This document shows, piece after piece, positions 34,586 to 43,987 of a DNA stretch of 44,169 nucleotides (the first letter of the stretch is position 1; every line of letters begins with the position of its first letter). Origin of the DNA: Dehalococcoidia bacterium. GTDB taxonomy: Bacteria; Chloroflexota; Dehalococcoidia; DSTF01; WHTK01. The position numbers and the translations under genes were made by a program. The DNA is taken from positions 7,085 through 51,253 of the forward strand of contig JBFWZE010000002.1 in assembly GCA_050185685.1 (NCBI GenBank). The letters are read 5' to 3'. The notes below the pieces were generated by a model. It ran no database searches. It was not told the origin of the DNA and saw nothing but the letters and a program-made list of their open reading frames with translations.

Positions 34586-35029
34586 GAAGCGCTCATAGAG
34601 CAGAAGGCGGCGGCCGTTCAGTTCGGTGTCGCCGAACACCGAGTAGCCGCAATTCTCGTAGACATGACGAGCGCGGGCGTTCTCCTCGAAGACGTCGAGC
34701 CAGATGCGTTCGCGGCCGTGGGCTCGCGCAACGTCATCGACCAGGCGCACCGCCCGCGTGCCGTTGCCGTGCCCTGGGGCAGCGACGACGATCCGCCGCA
34801 TCTCCAGGCTGAGGCCGTCCGGGTCGAGGACGAGGATGACGAAGCCGAGAAGCTCGTGGTCCCGGACCAGCGACTCGTAGAGGACATCCGGCCGCACGAA
34901 GTCTTCGCGGTGCTGCTCGGCCGAGGCAGGCAGGATCGTGGCGGCTGCCTCTCCCTGCTCCATCACGGCTATGGCGGCAAGCTCATGGCTTGTCGTGTTG
35001 CGCAGAGTCAGCTCGCCGACGTGTTCCAT
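34574..35029 (-). CDS. GNAT family N-acetyltransferase
   Basis: 151 aa with RRIVVAAPGHGNGTRAV (motif A) and Y.N.GY. It is convergent with the other GNAT and overlaps it by 12 nt. Confidence 0.8.
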   Translation of the reverse strand: MEHVGELTLRNTTSHELAAIAVMEQGEAAATILPASAEQHREDFVRPDVLYESLVRDHELLGFVILVLDPDGLSLEMRRIVVAAPGHGNGTRAVRLVDDVARAHGRERIWLDVFEENARARHVYENCGYSVFGDTELNGRRLLLYERFLEP

Positions 35030-35061
35030 GGCGCGAACAATAGCAGACTCGACGACGCGGG

Positions 35062-36174
35062 TTAGACGCCGGTTGCGGCGCCAATCACCGAGCCGAGCGC
35101 GAAGGTTATCGCGGCGGCAGCGAGACCGATCAGTAGCTGGCGTCCACCGCTGAAGATGACGCTACGGCCGGTGAAGATTGAGATCAGGGCACCAACAGTG
35201 AACAGGGCAAGACAGGCGATGACGAGGCTGGCAACGACGTGGCCGAAGGCAGCGCCGAGGAAGAACGGGATCACGGGCAGCACGGCGCCGACCGAGAACG
35301 CGAGGAAGGAGCTGACCGCTGCGCCGATCGGCGAGCCCAGCTCACTCGGGTCGAGGCCAAGCTCTTCACGTACTAGCGAATCGAGGGCGACATCGGGGTC
35401 TGCGGTGAGCTGACCGGCGATGCGCTCGGCGTCTGCCTTGGTCATGCCCTTGGCGCGATAGATCAGGGCCAGCTCTTCGGTTTCTTCCTCCGGCGTGACG
35501 CTGAGCTCCGCCGCCTCCAGCTCGATCTGCCGCTCGAAGAGTTCCCGTTGTGCCTTGACCGAGACGTACTCGCCCGCGGCCATCGATGAGGCACCGGCGA
35601 GCAAGCCCGAGAGGCCCGCAAGCAGCACAAAGCTCGAATCGGCCGCCGCGCCGGCAAAGCCCATGACGAGGCTGAGGTTGGAGACGAGACCGTCGTTGAT
35701 ACCGAAGACAGCGGCGCGCAGGCTGCCGCCACCGCTGGACCGATGCCAGCGCTCGGGTGCGGCGTGACGGTCGAGCTGACCGAGCGTACGGGCGTGGCTG
35801 CGCTCCTCCGGGGCGAGGGCGGCGGTCCGTGCGTCCTGGCCGGCGTATTCAGCGCTCCCATTCATCTCGAAGCTGGTGATTAGCGGGTAGACGGCCCGCG
35901 GTCCCAGCAAGCTCGCCAGCGTCTTCAGCGCACGCGCCCGGAAGCCAAGGCGATGCGGCGGGATCGCGACGCCGATCTCACGCAGACCGCGCTCCATGAC
36001 CGCCGCATGACGCGACTCGGCATCCGCCATCTCGGTGAGAAGGGCGGCCCGGCCGGCGTCGCCCTCGTGCGCCGCCAGGTGGCGGTAGAGGTTGGCGCTG
36101 TCCAGCTCATTGCGCCAGTTCGCCAGGATCAGCTCGGGCTGGGGAGTGACGCGTTCGATGGTCTGGTTCGACAT
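35062..36174 (-). CDS. ferritin/erythrin-like domain fused to a VIT1/CCC1 iron-transporter domain (MbfA-like)
   Basis: The N-terminus has E..SA..Y..LA ... AE..H (a di-iron four-helix-bundle pattern). The C-terminus has the VIT1 motifs GINDGLVSNLSLVMG and GEYVSV plus five TM helices. I place the start at the ATG at 36174 (MSNQTIER); the track extension to 36264 is not credible. Confidence 0.8.
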   Translation of the reverse strand: MSNQTIERVTPQPELILANWRNELDSANLYRHLAAHEGDAGRAALLTEMADAESRHAAVMERGLREIGVAIPPHRLGFRARALKTLASLLGPRAVYPLITSFEMNGSAEYAGQDARTAALAPEERSHARTLGQLDRHAAPERWHRSSGGGSLRAAVFGINDGLVSNLSLVMGFAGAAADSSFVLLAGLSGLLAGASSMAAGEYVSVKAQRELFERQIELEAAELSVTPEEETEELALIYRAKGMTKADAERIAGQLTADPDVALDSLVREELGLDPSELGSPIGAAVSSFLAFSVGAVLPVIPFFLGAAFGHVVASLVIACLALFTVGALISIFTGRSVIFSGGRQLLIGLAAAAITFALGSVIGAATGV

Positions 36175-36303
36175 AAGTCCATCTTGCGGCAGGGCTTTTC
36201 GAAGCGTCCAGACTGTCGTAAAAGATCGACAAAGACGAAGAGAAGACTTCGCAAAGGCTAACAATAGAACTGATGACCTGCAGACCGAAGGCTGCCGATC
36301 CGG

Positions 36304-37659
36304 CTACTCCCGGATGCTCCCGGGTGCTCCGATCTGGTAACGCCGCATCTCGAGCGCGTTGAGCATGCGGATACGTCCGGCGCCGTCCCAGCCGGGCGTG
36401 TCGCCATCGGGCAGGGCGTCCGCGCTGCGAAGGATCATCCAGCGCACCGTCTCCGGGTTGAGGTTCGGGTTCTTCGAGACGATGAGGGCCGCCAGCGAGG
36501 ACACGAGGGGCGCCGCAAAGGAAGTACCGCTGGCGTTGGCATACGGCTCGCCGTTGAGGCAGTGCCAGTGTTCGCCGCAGAACTGTAGCGGTACCGTGCT
36601 GACGATGTTGCGGCCCGGCGCCACCACATCGACCTCGGGGCCCCAGTCGCTGAAGGGTGAACGCGCATCGGCGCTTTCGGCCGTTCCGGAAGAGCCGACC
36701 GAGATTGCCTCGGGCAGACGAGCCGGGAAGGTGACGCCCTTCGTACCATCGTTGCCGCTCGCCGCGACGATGATCATGCCGTAGCGGTCGTGGGCCTCGC
36801 GGATCGCGCTGGAGAGCGTCGCCGATTCGCCGTTGCCCGTGAAGCTGATGTTGGCAACGCGCGCGCCAGCCTTCGCCGCGTAGAGCAGGCCTTTCGCTGC
36901 GTCCGCGGCGCTGCCGCCACCGAGGCAGTCGAGGATCTTCACCGGCAACACGGTGACGGCGGGAGCAGCGCCGGTGATCCCGGTCCCGTTGTTCGCGACG
37001 GCACCGATGATGCCCGCGACGAAGGTGCCGTGACCGTTGTCGTCGGCGACACTGCTGGCGATTGGATCGGCGCAGCTCGGGTCCTTTGTCGCGACAGTGA
37101 CGAAGTTGCAGCCGCTCACGTCGTCGATGCAGCCGTTGTCGTCATCATCGATGCCGTTGCCGGCGACCTCTCCCGGATTCGTCCAGATCTTGCCGGCGAG
37201 ATCGGGGTGCGTGGTGTCGACGCCCGAGTCGAGCACCGCGACAACCACGCTGGCGTCGCCGGTCGTAATCGACCAGGCGGCGGGCGCATCGATGAGGTCG
37301 AGGTAGCTCGCCTGGCCGCCGTAGAACGTGTCGTCGGTGACCGGGCCGGCGTCGCGGAGCAGCAAGTTCGGCTCGACATGCTGCACTCCGGGCAGGCGGC
37401 CGATGCGCACGATCGCGGCTTCGACGCCTTCGCCGCCGATGAGTCCGAGACGGACGGTGCGAATCTCCGGGATGAGGTCGAGGACGATGCCGCCCAGGCC
37501 GTGGCCGAGGTCCTGTCCAGCCCACGACGCCTCATCGAGCGCAACCAGGACCTCGCCTGCGACGGCGGGAGCAGCTGAATCGCGTCGCGAGGACAGCGCG
37601 CTGCCGGCTGCAAGCACGCCAAAAACCAGGACGGATACGAGAATGGCAACTTTGAGCAT
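36304..37659 (-). CDS. secreted S8 family (subtilisin-like) serine peptidase
   Basis: The catalytic triad contexts are DSGVDTTHPDL, HGTFVAGIIGA and SGTSFAAPLVS. A signal peptide, MLKVAILVSVLVFGVLAAGSA, begins at the ATG at 37659. The start is uncertain (37659, 37689 or 37722). Confidence 0.85.
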   Translation of the reverse strand: MLKVAILVSVLVFGVLAAGSALSSRRDSAAPAVAGEVLVALDEASWAGQDLGHGLGGIVLDLIPEIRTVRLGLIGGEGVEAAIVRIGRLPGVQHVEPNLLLRDAGPVTDDTFYGGQASYLDLIDAPAAWSITTGDASVVVAVLDSGVDTTHPDLAGKIWTNPGEVAGNGIDDDDNGCIDDVSGCNFVTVATKDPSCADPIASSVADDNGHGTFVAGIIGAVANNGTGITGAAPAVTVLPVKILDCLGGGSAADAAKGLLYAAKAGARVANISFTGNGESATLSSAIREAHDRYGMIIVAASGNDGTKGVTFPARLPEAISVGSSGTAESADARSPFSDWGPEVDVVAPGRNIVSTVPLQFCGEHWHCLNGEPYANASGTSFAAPLVSSLAALIVSKNPNLNPETVRWMILRSADALPDGDTPGWDGAGRIRMLNALEMRRYQIGAPGSIRE

Positions 37660-37727
37660 GGCGGGAGCTTGAGGATAAGCCGTCAACATAGTTGGCGACA
37701 ACCGCGAAAGCGCTATCATCATTTATC

Positions 37728-39491
37728 ATGTCCATCTCAATCCTTCCCGCCGAGGTGGCCAGCCGGATCGCGGCCGGCGAGGTCGTCGAACGCCCCGCGT
37801 CGATCGTCAAAGAGCTGGTCGAGAACGCACTCGACGCCGGCGCCACCCGGGTCAGCATCGAAATCGCCGAGGGCGGCATCTCCCTGATCCGCGTCACCGA
37901 CAACGGCCACGGCATCGACCCCGAGGAGCTAAGCCTCGCCTTCGCCCGTCATGCGACGAGCAAGCTGCGCCACGAGCAGGAGATGGAGGCGATTGCGACC
38001 CTGGGCTTCCGGGGTGAAGCCCTCCCCAGCATCGCCGCGGTCGCCGACGTCGAGGCGATCTCGCGCACCGCCGCGGAGCCGACCGCCGGCCGCATCCGCC
38101 TCCGCTTCGGCGAACTGACCGAGCAGGGGGCCCGCGGCGCGCCGACCGGCACGACGATCAGCGTGCGCAGCCTGTTTCAGCAGCAGCCCGCGCGCCTCAA
38201 GTTTCTGCGCACACCCGCCGCGGAATCAGGCGCGATCGCCGGCGTCGTCAGTCACTTTGCGCTGGCATATCCGGAGGTCGCGTTCTCCCTGAAGATCGAC
38301 GGCCGCGAGACCTTTGTGACCAGCGGCCAGGGCAACCGGCGCGAGGCAGCCAGCGGCGTCTACGGCGCTGAGACCGCGGCGGCGATGCTCGAGGTGACGG
38401 AGGATGACGAGGGGCACAGCCTTGCCGCGCTGATCGCACCGCCCTCGATTTCGCGCTCAACACGAGGTTACATAACGATCTTCATCAACCGGCGCCTCGT
38501 AAAGAGCCGGTCGCTGTCGTTCGCGGTCGAGGAGGCCTACGCCAACCTGATCCAGGTGCGCCGGTTCCCGATCGCGATTGTCGATCTGCGGCTGCCGCCG
38601 GCGGAAATCGACGTCAACGTCCACCCGGCGAAAGCGGAAGTGCGGCTGCGCAACGAGCGCCAGGTGTTCTCGCTGGTGCAGCGGCCATTGAGGCGGGCAT
38701 TGTCGGGAATGTCGCCGATCGGTTCGAGCGCGCCTACGGGCTGGCCGTCCGCACTGCCGCCGCAGCCATCACCGCCGACTTACCTCACGACCCGCTATGG
38801 GGAGCCGGCAGCCGACGAACCGCCGCTGTACGTGCCGTCGCACGCGTCCGTGGTGCTCACGCGAACACCGGAGGCGAAACCGGCGCTGCTGGAACCGGAG
38901 CAGAAGCCACTGCCGGCAGCGGTGCCGATCCTCCGGCCGCTCGGCCAGGCGGGGACTACCTACATCATTGCCGAAGGGCCGGCGGGCCTCTACCTCATCG
39001 ATCAACACGCGGCGCACGAACGCGTCCTCTTTGAGCAGTACGCCGCGCGGCTCGCAGCGTCGACGCCGGCTCTGCAGCCGCTGCTCACGCCGATCCCGCT
39101 GGAGCTGACGCCGGAGCAGCAGGCGATGATCACGGTGTATGCGCCGGCGCTGCGCGACCACGGCTTCGAGATCGAGCCTTTTGGTCCCGGTGCGTACCTG
39201 CTGCGCACGGCACCTTCCGGGCTGCGGCGGGAAGAGCCGTCACGCGCCTTCCGCGAGCTGCTCGACCTGATGTGCCGCGACGATGCCCCGTCGGACCCGC
39301 GCAACCGTGTTGCCGCATCGCTTGCCTGTCACGCCGCAGTGCGGGCAGGGCAGACGCTCTCGCTCGACGAGATGCGCGACCTCCTGCAGCAGCTCGAGGC
39401 GTGCGATTCGCCGCAGACGTGCCCCCACGGCCGTCCAACGATGCTGCACCTCAGCGCCGACGAGCTGGCGAAGCGATTCAGCCGCAAGTAG
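37728..39491 (+). CDS. mutL: DNA mismatch repair protein MutL
   Basis: The GHKL ATPase N-terminus is LPAEVASRIAAGEVVERPASIVKELVENALDAGA and DNG.GI. The C-terminal endonuclease-type region has CPHGRP. I place the start at the ATG at 37728 (MSISIL). Confidence 0.95.
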   Translation: MSISILPAEVASRIAAGEVVERPASIVKELVENALDAGATRVSIEIAEGGISLIRVTDNGHGIDPEELSLAFARHATSKLRHEQEMEAIATLGFRGEALPSIAAVADVEAISRTAAEPTAGRIRLRFGELTEQGARGAPTGTTISVRSLFQQQPARLKFLRTPAAESGAIAGVVSHFALAYPEVAFSLKIDGRETFVTSGQGNRREAASGVYGAETAAAMLEVTEDDEGHSLAALIAPPSISRSTRGYITIFINRRLVKSRSLSFAVEEAYANLIQVRRFPIAIVDLRLPPAEIDVNVHPAKAEVRLRNERQVFSLVQRPLRRALSGMSPIGSSAPTGWPSALPPQPSPPTYLTTRYGEPAADEPPLYVPSHASVVLTRTPEAKPALLEPEQKPLPAAVPILRPLGQAGTTYIIAEGPAGLYLIDQHAAHERVLFEQYAARLAASTPALQPLLTPIPLELTPEQQAMITVYAPALRDHGFEIEPFGPGAYLLRTAPSGLRREEPSRAFRELLDLMCRDDAPSDPRNRVAASLACHAAVRAGQTLSLDEMRDLLQQLEACDSPQTCPHGRPTMLHLSADELAKRFSRK

Positions 39492-39612
39492 GCCGCCCAC
39501 CAGAAGCCACGCACTGCAGCCTTCGCGTTTCGCGCTTCGAATATCATCACAAGAACGTCTCAGGATAGCGTCGCGCTCTAAATGGCGGGAATTTCCTGAC
39601 GACTATCTCTAC

Positions 39613-39639
39613 GTGAGACCCCTTATATACGGGTCTCAC
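39613..39639 (+). other. perfect 9-bp stem hairpin in the 5' region of the CAP-domain gene
   Basis: GTGAGACCC (39613-39621) / GGGTCTCAC (39631-39639) with an AT-rich 9-nt loop (CTTATATAC), 33 nt upstream of the ATG at 39672. Confidence 0.3.
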
Positions 39640-39671
39640 CCATGAAGTAGAGGCAAACCGAAGCAGCAAGG

Positions 39672-40562
39672 ATGCCGCTTTCGCCTGTGACTCGTCTTTC
39701 AGGACGAGACCGGAGGACTGCGACGCACTTGCGCTTGATCAGCTTCGCCCTGCTCGGTGGCGGCCTCATCGCCGTCTTCGCCGGCCTGTACTACGACCGC
39801 ACCAGCGGTCAAAGTACCGGCGCGGTTCTCGCTTCGGCCGAGACCGCGGTGCCGACCGCGACGGCGGCGGCAACGCGCGTTGTCAGCGTCACGGCAACAA
39901 TGGTTGCACCGCCGGCGAGCGCGCTCGACCCGACGCCAACCCTGACACCAGCGCCGGTTGCGGCGATCGAAACGGCGCCGGCGCCCGCGGAACAGGCTCC
40001 TGCGTCCGTTGCAGTCCAGAGCATCAGGCCCGCTGCGCCGTCACCAACGCAGAGTGCACCGGCAGCGGCAGCTACGGCGACGCCGCGACCACCGACGCCC
40101 GTACCGCCGCCGCCTCCAACCAGCACGCCGGTGCCACCACCGCCCCCCGCAGCGCCCGTCAGTCTCGGCGGCCTCGAGCAGCAGATGTTCAGCGCCCACA
40201 ACGTCGAGCGCGCGAACAACGGCGTCGCCGCACTGCAGATCGACGGCACGCTTACCCAGCTGGCACGCCAGCGGGCGCAGGACATGGCGAGCAAAGGCTA
40301 CTTCTCGCACACGTCGCCGACAGGGCAGACTGCGTTCTCGCTGCTCAACGCCAGCGGCTACGTGTACACGCTGGCGGGTGAAAACCTGGCGCGCAACAAC
40401 TACCCCGACTCGCAGTCGGTGAGCGTGGCGATGAGCGGCTTCATGGCCAGCCCCACCCACCGCGTCAACGTGCTCGAGACGAAGTTCAGCCGCGTCGGTA
40501 TCGGCATGGCGGTCGGCGCCGACGGGCTGAAGTACTTCGCCGTCATCTTCGCCGCAAAGTAG
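39672..40562 (+). CDS. membrane-anchored CAP/SCP/PR1-like domain protein
   Basis: 296 aa with an N-terminal TM helix and a long Ala/Pro/Thr linker. The C-terminal CAP domain has HN.ER...G...L, GYFSHTSP.G, GEN(L/I)A, H..N.L and F..VG.G. Confidence 0.8.
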   Translation: MPLSPVTRLSGRDRRTATHLRLISFALLGGGLIAVFAGLYYDRTSGQSTGAVLASAETAVPTATAAATRVVSVTATMVAPPASALDPTPTLTPAPVAAIETAPAPAEQAPASVAVQSIRPAAPSPTQSAPAAAATATPRPPTPVPPPPPTSTPVPPPPPAAPVSLGGLEQQMFSAHNVERANNGVAALQIDGTLTQLARQRAQDMASKGYFSHTSPTGQTAFSLLNASGYVYTLAGENLARNNYPDSQSVSVAMSGFMASPTHRVNVLETKFSRVGIGMAVGADGLKYFAVIFAAK

Positions 40563-40565
40563 GCC

Positions 40566-41645
40566 TCAGGCAGGCGAGAGCAGCAGGTAGTGCCCGGCCT
40601 TCGAGATCGGCGCCAACCCATCGACGACGCAGGTCCACCGGCTCGCGTTCACGCCGCTGTACCAGATCTCGCCTGAAGTCGTCGCCGCGAAGATCGCGAA
40701 GCCGCCATCCCACTCCTCCAGCGTCATCGCTTCCACGCTGCTGTCGAGGCGGTCGGGCAGGCCGTTACGCAGCGGCTGCCAGGTCCGGCCGCCGTCGCTG
40801 CTGTGCGAGATGCGCGAGCCGGCAACGTGGTTGACGTGCCAGACGCCGGGATTGGTCTGCGCAGCTGAGATGTACATCTCCTCCGGGTTTGAGGGACGGA
40901 AGACGAGCTGGTCCGGGTAACCGCCGAGCTCTGCTTCCTGGGTGTGCCAGTGCTCCCACGCGGCACCGCCATCACTGCTGACGTACATACCGTCACCGCC
41001 GGTGACGTAAAGGCGGTCGGGATTCGCCGCGCTGAGCACGAGGCGGTGAACGTCGTCGTCCATGCCGGTGACGACGTTCCAGGTGGCGCCGCCGTCGGTG
41101 CTTCGCAGCAGGCCGCCCTGCTCGACGCTCGCGTAGATCACGCTGTTGTCGCGCGGATCGAAGGTGATGTGCTTGAGGTGGGCGATGTGCGGCGGCGCCG
41201 GGAAAGTCCAGTGCTCGGTGCTGCCGGCGCTGCGAATACCGGGCAGCTCCTGCCAGCTGCGGCCGAGGTCACGGCTCTCGAAGAGGTGTGCCGGCTCGGT
41301 GCCGCAATAAAGCACGACGCTTCCGTCATCGAGCGTGCGCGCGGCGAGGCTGTAGACGTCGTGCTGGCTGAGCCCGTCGTCTGCCTGCTCCCAGGTCGCG
41401 CCGCCGGCGCGGCTGATGTGCAGCGACCCTTCGTAGGCGCCTGCGACGATAAGGTTGTTCACCGGCTCGACAAGGATCGCGCTGATGTGGAGATCACCAA
41501 GCATCTCGCCGGCGCGCTGCCAGCTGTCGCCATCGCGACGCAGGCGGACGATGCCGCGCTGAGTGCCAACGAGCAGCTCATCGGAGGGCGCTGCCGTGCT
41601 GAAGATCGTGGGGCCGCCGTGAGAAAGGGTGAGCGTCATCGTCAT
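40566..41645 (-). CDS. BNR/Asp-box beta-propeller protein (Ycf48/sialidase-like fold)
   Basis: It has five Asp-box motifs of the form S.D.G..W (SRAGGATW, SRDLGRSW, STDGGATW, SSDGGAAW, SSDGGRTW). I place the start at the ATG at 41645 (MTMTLTLSHG), preceded by AAGGGGA; the track extension to 41825 overlaps the upstream gene. Confidence 0.75.
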   Translation of the reverse strand: MTMTLTLSHGGPTIFSTAAPSDELLVGTQRGIVRLRRDGDSWQRAGEMLGDLHISAILVEPVNNLIVAGAYEGSLHISRAGGATWEQADDGLSQHDVYSLAARTLDDGSVVLYCGTEPAHLFESRDLGRSWQELPGIRSAGSTEHWTFPAPPHIAHLKHITFDPRDNSVIYASVEQGGLLRSTDGGATWNVVTGMDDDVHRLVLSAANPDRLYVTGGDGMYVSSDGGAAWEHWHTQEAELGGYPDQLVFRPSNPEEMYISAAQTNPGVWHVNHVAGSRISHSSDGGRTWQPLRNGLPDRLDSSVEAMTLEEWDGGFAIFAATTSGEIWYSGVNASRWTCVVDGLAPISKAGHYLLLSPA

Positions 41646-41707
41646 GTCCCCTTTGAGAACGCGATTGCGGTAGATACCTGCGATTCTAGACCGCGGCGTC
41701 AAGCCTC

Positions 41708-42625
41708 CTACTTGAAGCCCACGACCTCCGCCAGCGCCTCGAGCTGCTCTTCGTAGCGGAGAATCGGGTTGAGCAGGAGATGAGTTGCCCCCATCGCCTG
41801 CGCTTCCTCGATGTACTCGCGGCATTGCTCCGGCGTGCCGTAGAAGCCGTGCGTCTCGATGCCCTCAGGATTGCTGTAGACCTCACTGAACCAGCGCAGC
41901 AGCTCCGCTTTTGCCACCTCCGGCTTCTCATGCACGGACATGAAGATCCGCTTCGAGATCGGGAAGTCTTTTGGCTCCTTCCCTGCCTTCGCCAGCGCCT
42001 CGTGCAGCGCCGGGATTGCCTCACGCAGCTGCTGCCAGCTCGAGCCGCCGGCGCCCATCCAGCCGTCGGCGACACGCGCGGCACGCGGCAGCGTATTGGG
42101 GTGAGCACCTCCGAGCCAGATCGGCGGGCGCGGCGTCTGCACCGGCTTGAGGGCGATGCCGTGTTCGACGTCGTAGTACGTGCCGTGGAACTCGGCGTGG
42201 GGCTGCGTCCAGAGGCGTTTGATCACCTCGACGCCCTCGAGGAAGCGGCTGACGCGGTGCTCAACCGGCACGCCGAAGTCGGCGTAATGGTGCGTGCGGC
42301 CGAGACCGACGCCGAGGATCGCGCGGCCTTTGCTCATCTGGTCGAGCGTCGCGATCTGATGCGCGACGTGGACCGGGCTGTGCACCGGCAGTACAACGAC
42401 GGAGACTCCGAGCCGGATGCGCGTCGTCAACGCCGCTGCGTAGCCGAGGACCACTGCTGGATCGAAGGAGTACGCCTCGTCGATCGTGTTCTCGGTTACC
42501 CAGAGGTCGCGAAATCCGAGCTCGTCTGCCCGCTTCGCGACTGCGCCGACGTGCTCGACGTCGATCGGCGCCCAGGATCGGCAGGGCAGGACGAAGCCGA
42601 ACTCCATTGTGTCTTTGAGTGCCAT
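41708..42625 (-). CDS. LLM-class (luciferase-like) flavin/F420-dependent oxidoreductase
   Basis: It carries MEFGFVLP, GFRDLWVTEN, GRAILGVGLG and PPIWLGG. The start is uncertain (42607, 42625 or 42658). Confidence 0.8.
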   Translation of the reverse strand: MALKDTMEFGFVLPCRSWAPIDVEHVGAVAKRADELGFRDLWVTENTIDEAYSFDPAVVLGYAAALTTRIRLGVSVVVLPVHSPVHVAHQIATLDQMSKGRAILGVGLGRTHHYADFGVPVEHRVSRFLEGVEVIKRLWTQPHAEFHGTYYDVEHGIALKPVQTPRPPIWLGGAHPNTLPRAARVADGWMGAGGSSWQQLREAIPALHEALAKAGKEPKDFPISKRIFMSVHEKPEVAKAELLRWFSEVYSNPEGIETHGFYGTPEQCREYIEEAQAMGATHLLLNPILRYEEQLEALAEVVGFK

Positions 42626-42719
42626 CAGCGACCGCAACCTTCCTGACTGTGAGGCCACCGCAAACCTTGCAGGCGGCCCGATCCCTTGAGTTCAGTGATC
42701 TTCGCCTCATACTACTCAA

Positions 42720-43937
42720 GTGATCGCCGCACGCCTCAACAAACGCGCCTTTCTCGTGCTCACCGGGCTGCTGCTTGCGATCGGTGTGCCCGGCGCCTAC
42801 TTTGGTATCGACCGCTGGTTCAGCCACTGGCTCTGGCTGAACGACATGCACTACTTCTACGATGCCGCCAAGGTCGTCCTCGACGGGCACCGCGACATCC
42901 TTTACGACTACCAGGCGCGCTTCGACGCGGGCTACGGCCTCGATCCCAACGACCAGGTGTTCCCGTATCCTGCGACGGCGGCGTATCTGTTCTCGCCACT
43001 GACCCTGACCAGCGTCGCAAACGCGCGCTACTGGTTTACCGGGTTCTGCATTCTGCTGCTGGTCGCCATTGCCGTGATCGGGGCGATTTGGTCACGCGAT
43101 TTACGCTTCGGTTTGCTCCTGATGCTCCTCCCTGCGTCATCCTTCACGGTCTATGAGACGCTGCGATTTCAGCAACTGTCGCCGGTTCTCGCACTAATGC
43201 TCAGCGCCTCCTTGCTCACCGCGGCATCGACCCGTTCTGTGGCCGGCGGCTTCGTCACGAGCCTGCTCGCGCTCAAGCCGTCAATCGCTGCTGCGCCGCT
43301 GGGGCTGATCGCTCTTCGGCGCGGGCACCGTCAGATCGCGGCAGCTATCCTCGGCGGTGCGCTGATCTTCATCCTTATCCCGCTGGTCGTGGTCGGCATC
43401 GACGGCATCTTCGATTATCTCGAGATGCTGAGCCGCTACCGCAACGAATCCTTCACCCTGCATGGCAAGCTCACCGCCGGCGCGGGATGGATGCTCGGCT
43501 GGCAATCGATCGTCGGTCGCCTCGGTCAAAGCGACCCGAACGTCTACCTCGTCGTCGGGCTCGACATCCTTACCGTGCTGGTGATGCTGAAGGTCTGGCT
43601 GCGCGGCCGCTACTTCGAGAGCTACCTCGCGGGCACGCTGACGACGCTGCTGGTGGTGCCGCACGTCCTCTGGTACGACTGGACGATCCTGATCGGCGTT
43701 GCGCCGTTCGTCGCCTACGAGAACCGGTCGCTGCCGCTGGTCGGACTGCTGCTCGCACTGCATGCGGCGATCAGCTTCGACAGCTACATGATCGTCACGC
43801 GCCCGATCTTCGACGCGTACCCTGTGCCGACACCGCTGCTGGCGGGCGCCATCTTGCTCTATCTCGCCTTTGCACCGCTTTCCGCCAGGGACGCGCCCTC
43901 CAGGGTGGAGAACGACCAGCTCATGACGGCGACGTAA
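42720..43937 (+). CDS. integral-membrane glycosyltransferase, GT87/DUF2029-like (GT-C fold)
   Basis: 405 aa and polytopic. DMHYFYDAAKVVL, LLALKPS and LVVPHVLWYDW align with the equivalent motifs of the 12703-13989 protein. Confidence 0.7.
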   Translation: MIAARLNKRAFLVLTGLLLAIGVPGAYFGIDRWFSHWLWLNDMHYFYDAAKVVLDGHRDILYDYQARFDAGYGLDPNDQVFPYPATAAYLFSPLTLTSVANARYWFTGFCILLLVAIAVIGAIWSRDLRFGLLLMLLPASSFTVYETLRFQQLSPVLALMLSASLLTAASTRSVAGGFVTSLLALKPSIAAAPLGLIALRRGHRQIAAAILGGALIFILIPLVVVGIDGIFDYLEMLSRYRNESFTLHGKLTAGAGWMLGWQSIVGRLGQSDPNVYLVVGLDILTVLVMLKVWLRGRYFESYLAGTLTTLLVVPHVLWYDWTILIGVAPFVAYENRSLPLVGLLLALHAAISFDSYMIVTRPIFDAYPVPTPLLAGAILLYLAFAPLSARDAPSRVENDQLMTAT

Positions 43938-43987
43938 GAACTCTATCGCAGTAGACAGACGCGCTCCCAAGTGTTTTGCTGACCGCC

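Noticed and set aside
36248-36266. An IdeR/DtxR-like iron box upstream of the ferritin-VIT1 gene (minus-strand GTTAGCCT core).
   Set aside because: Only about 12 of 19 positions match TTAGGTTAGGCTAACCTAA, and the second half-site is poor, so there is no real dyad symmetry. It is worth a PWM scan but is not supportable by eye.
36175-36303. A possible yybP-ykoY (manganese) riboswitch upstream of the VIT1-family gene, or upstream of the P-type ATPase (8535-8626).
   Set aside because: Neither region contains the conserved GGGGAGUAG / GACAUA-type cores, and the ATPase leader is only 92 nt.
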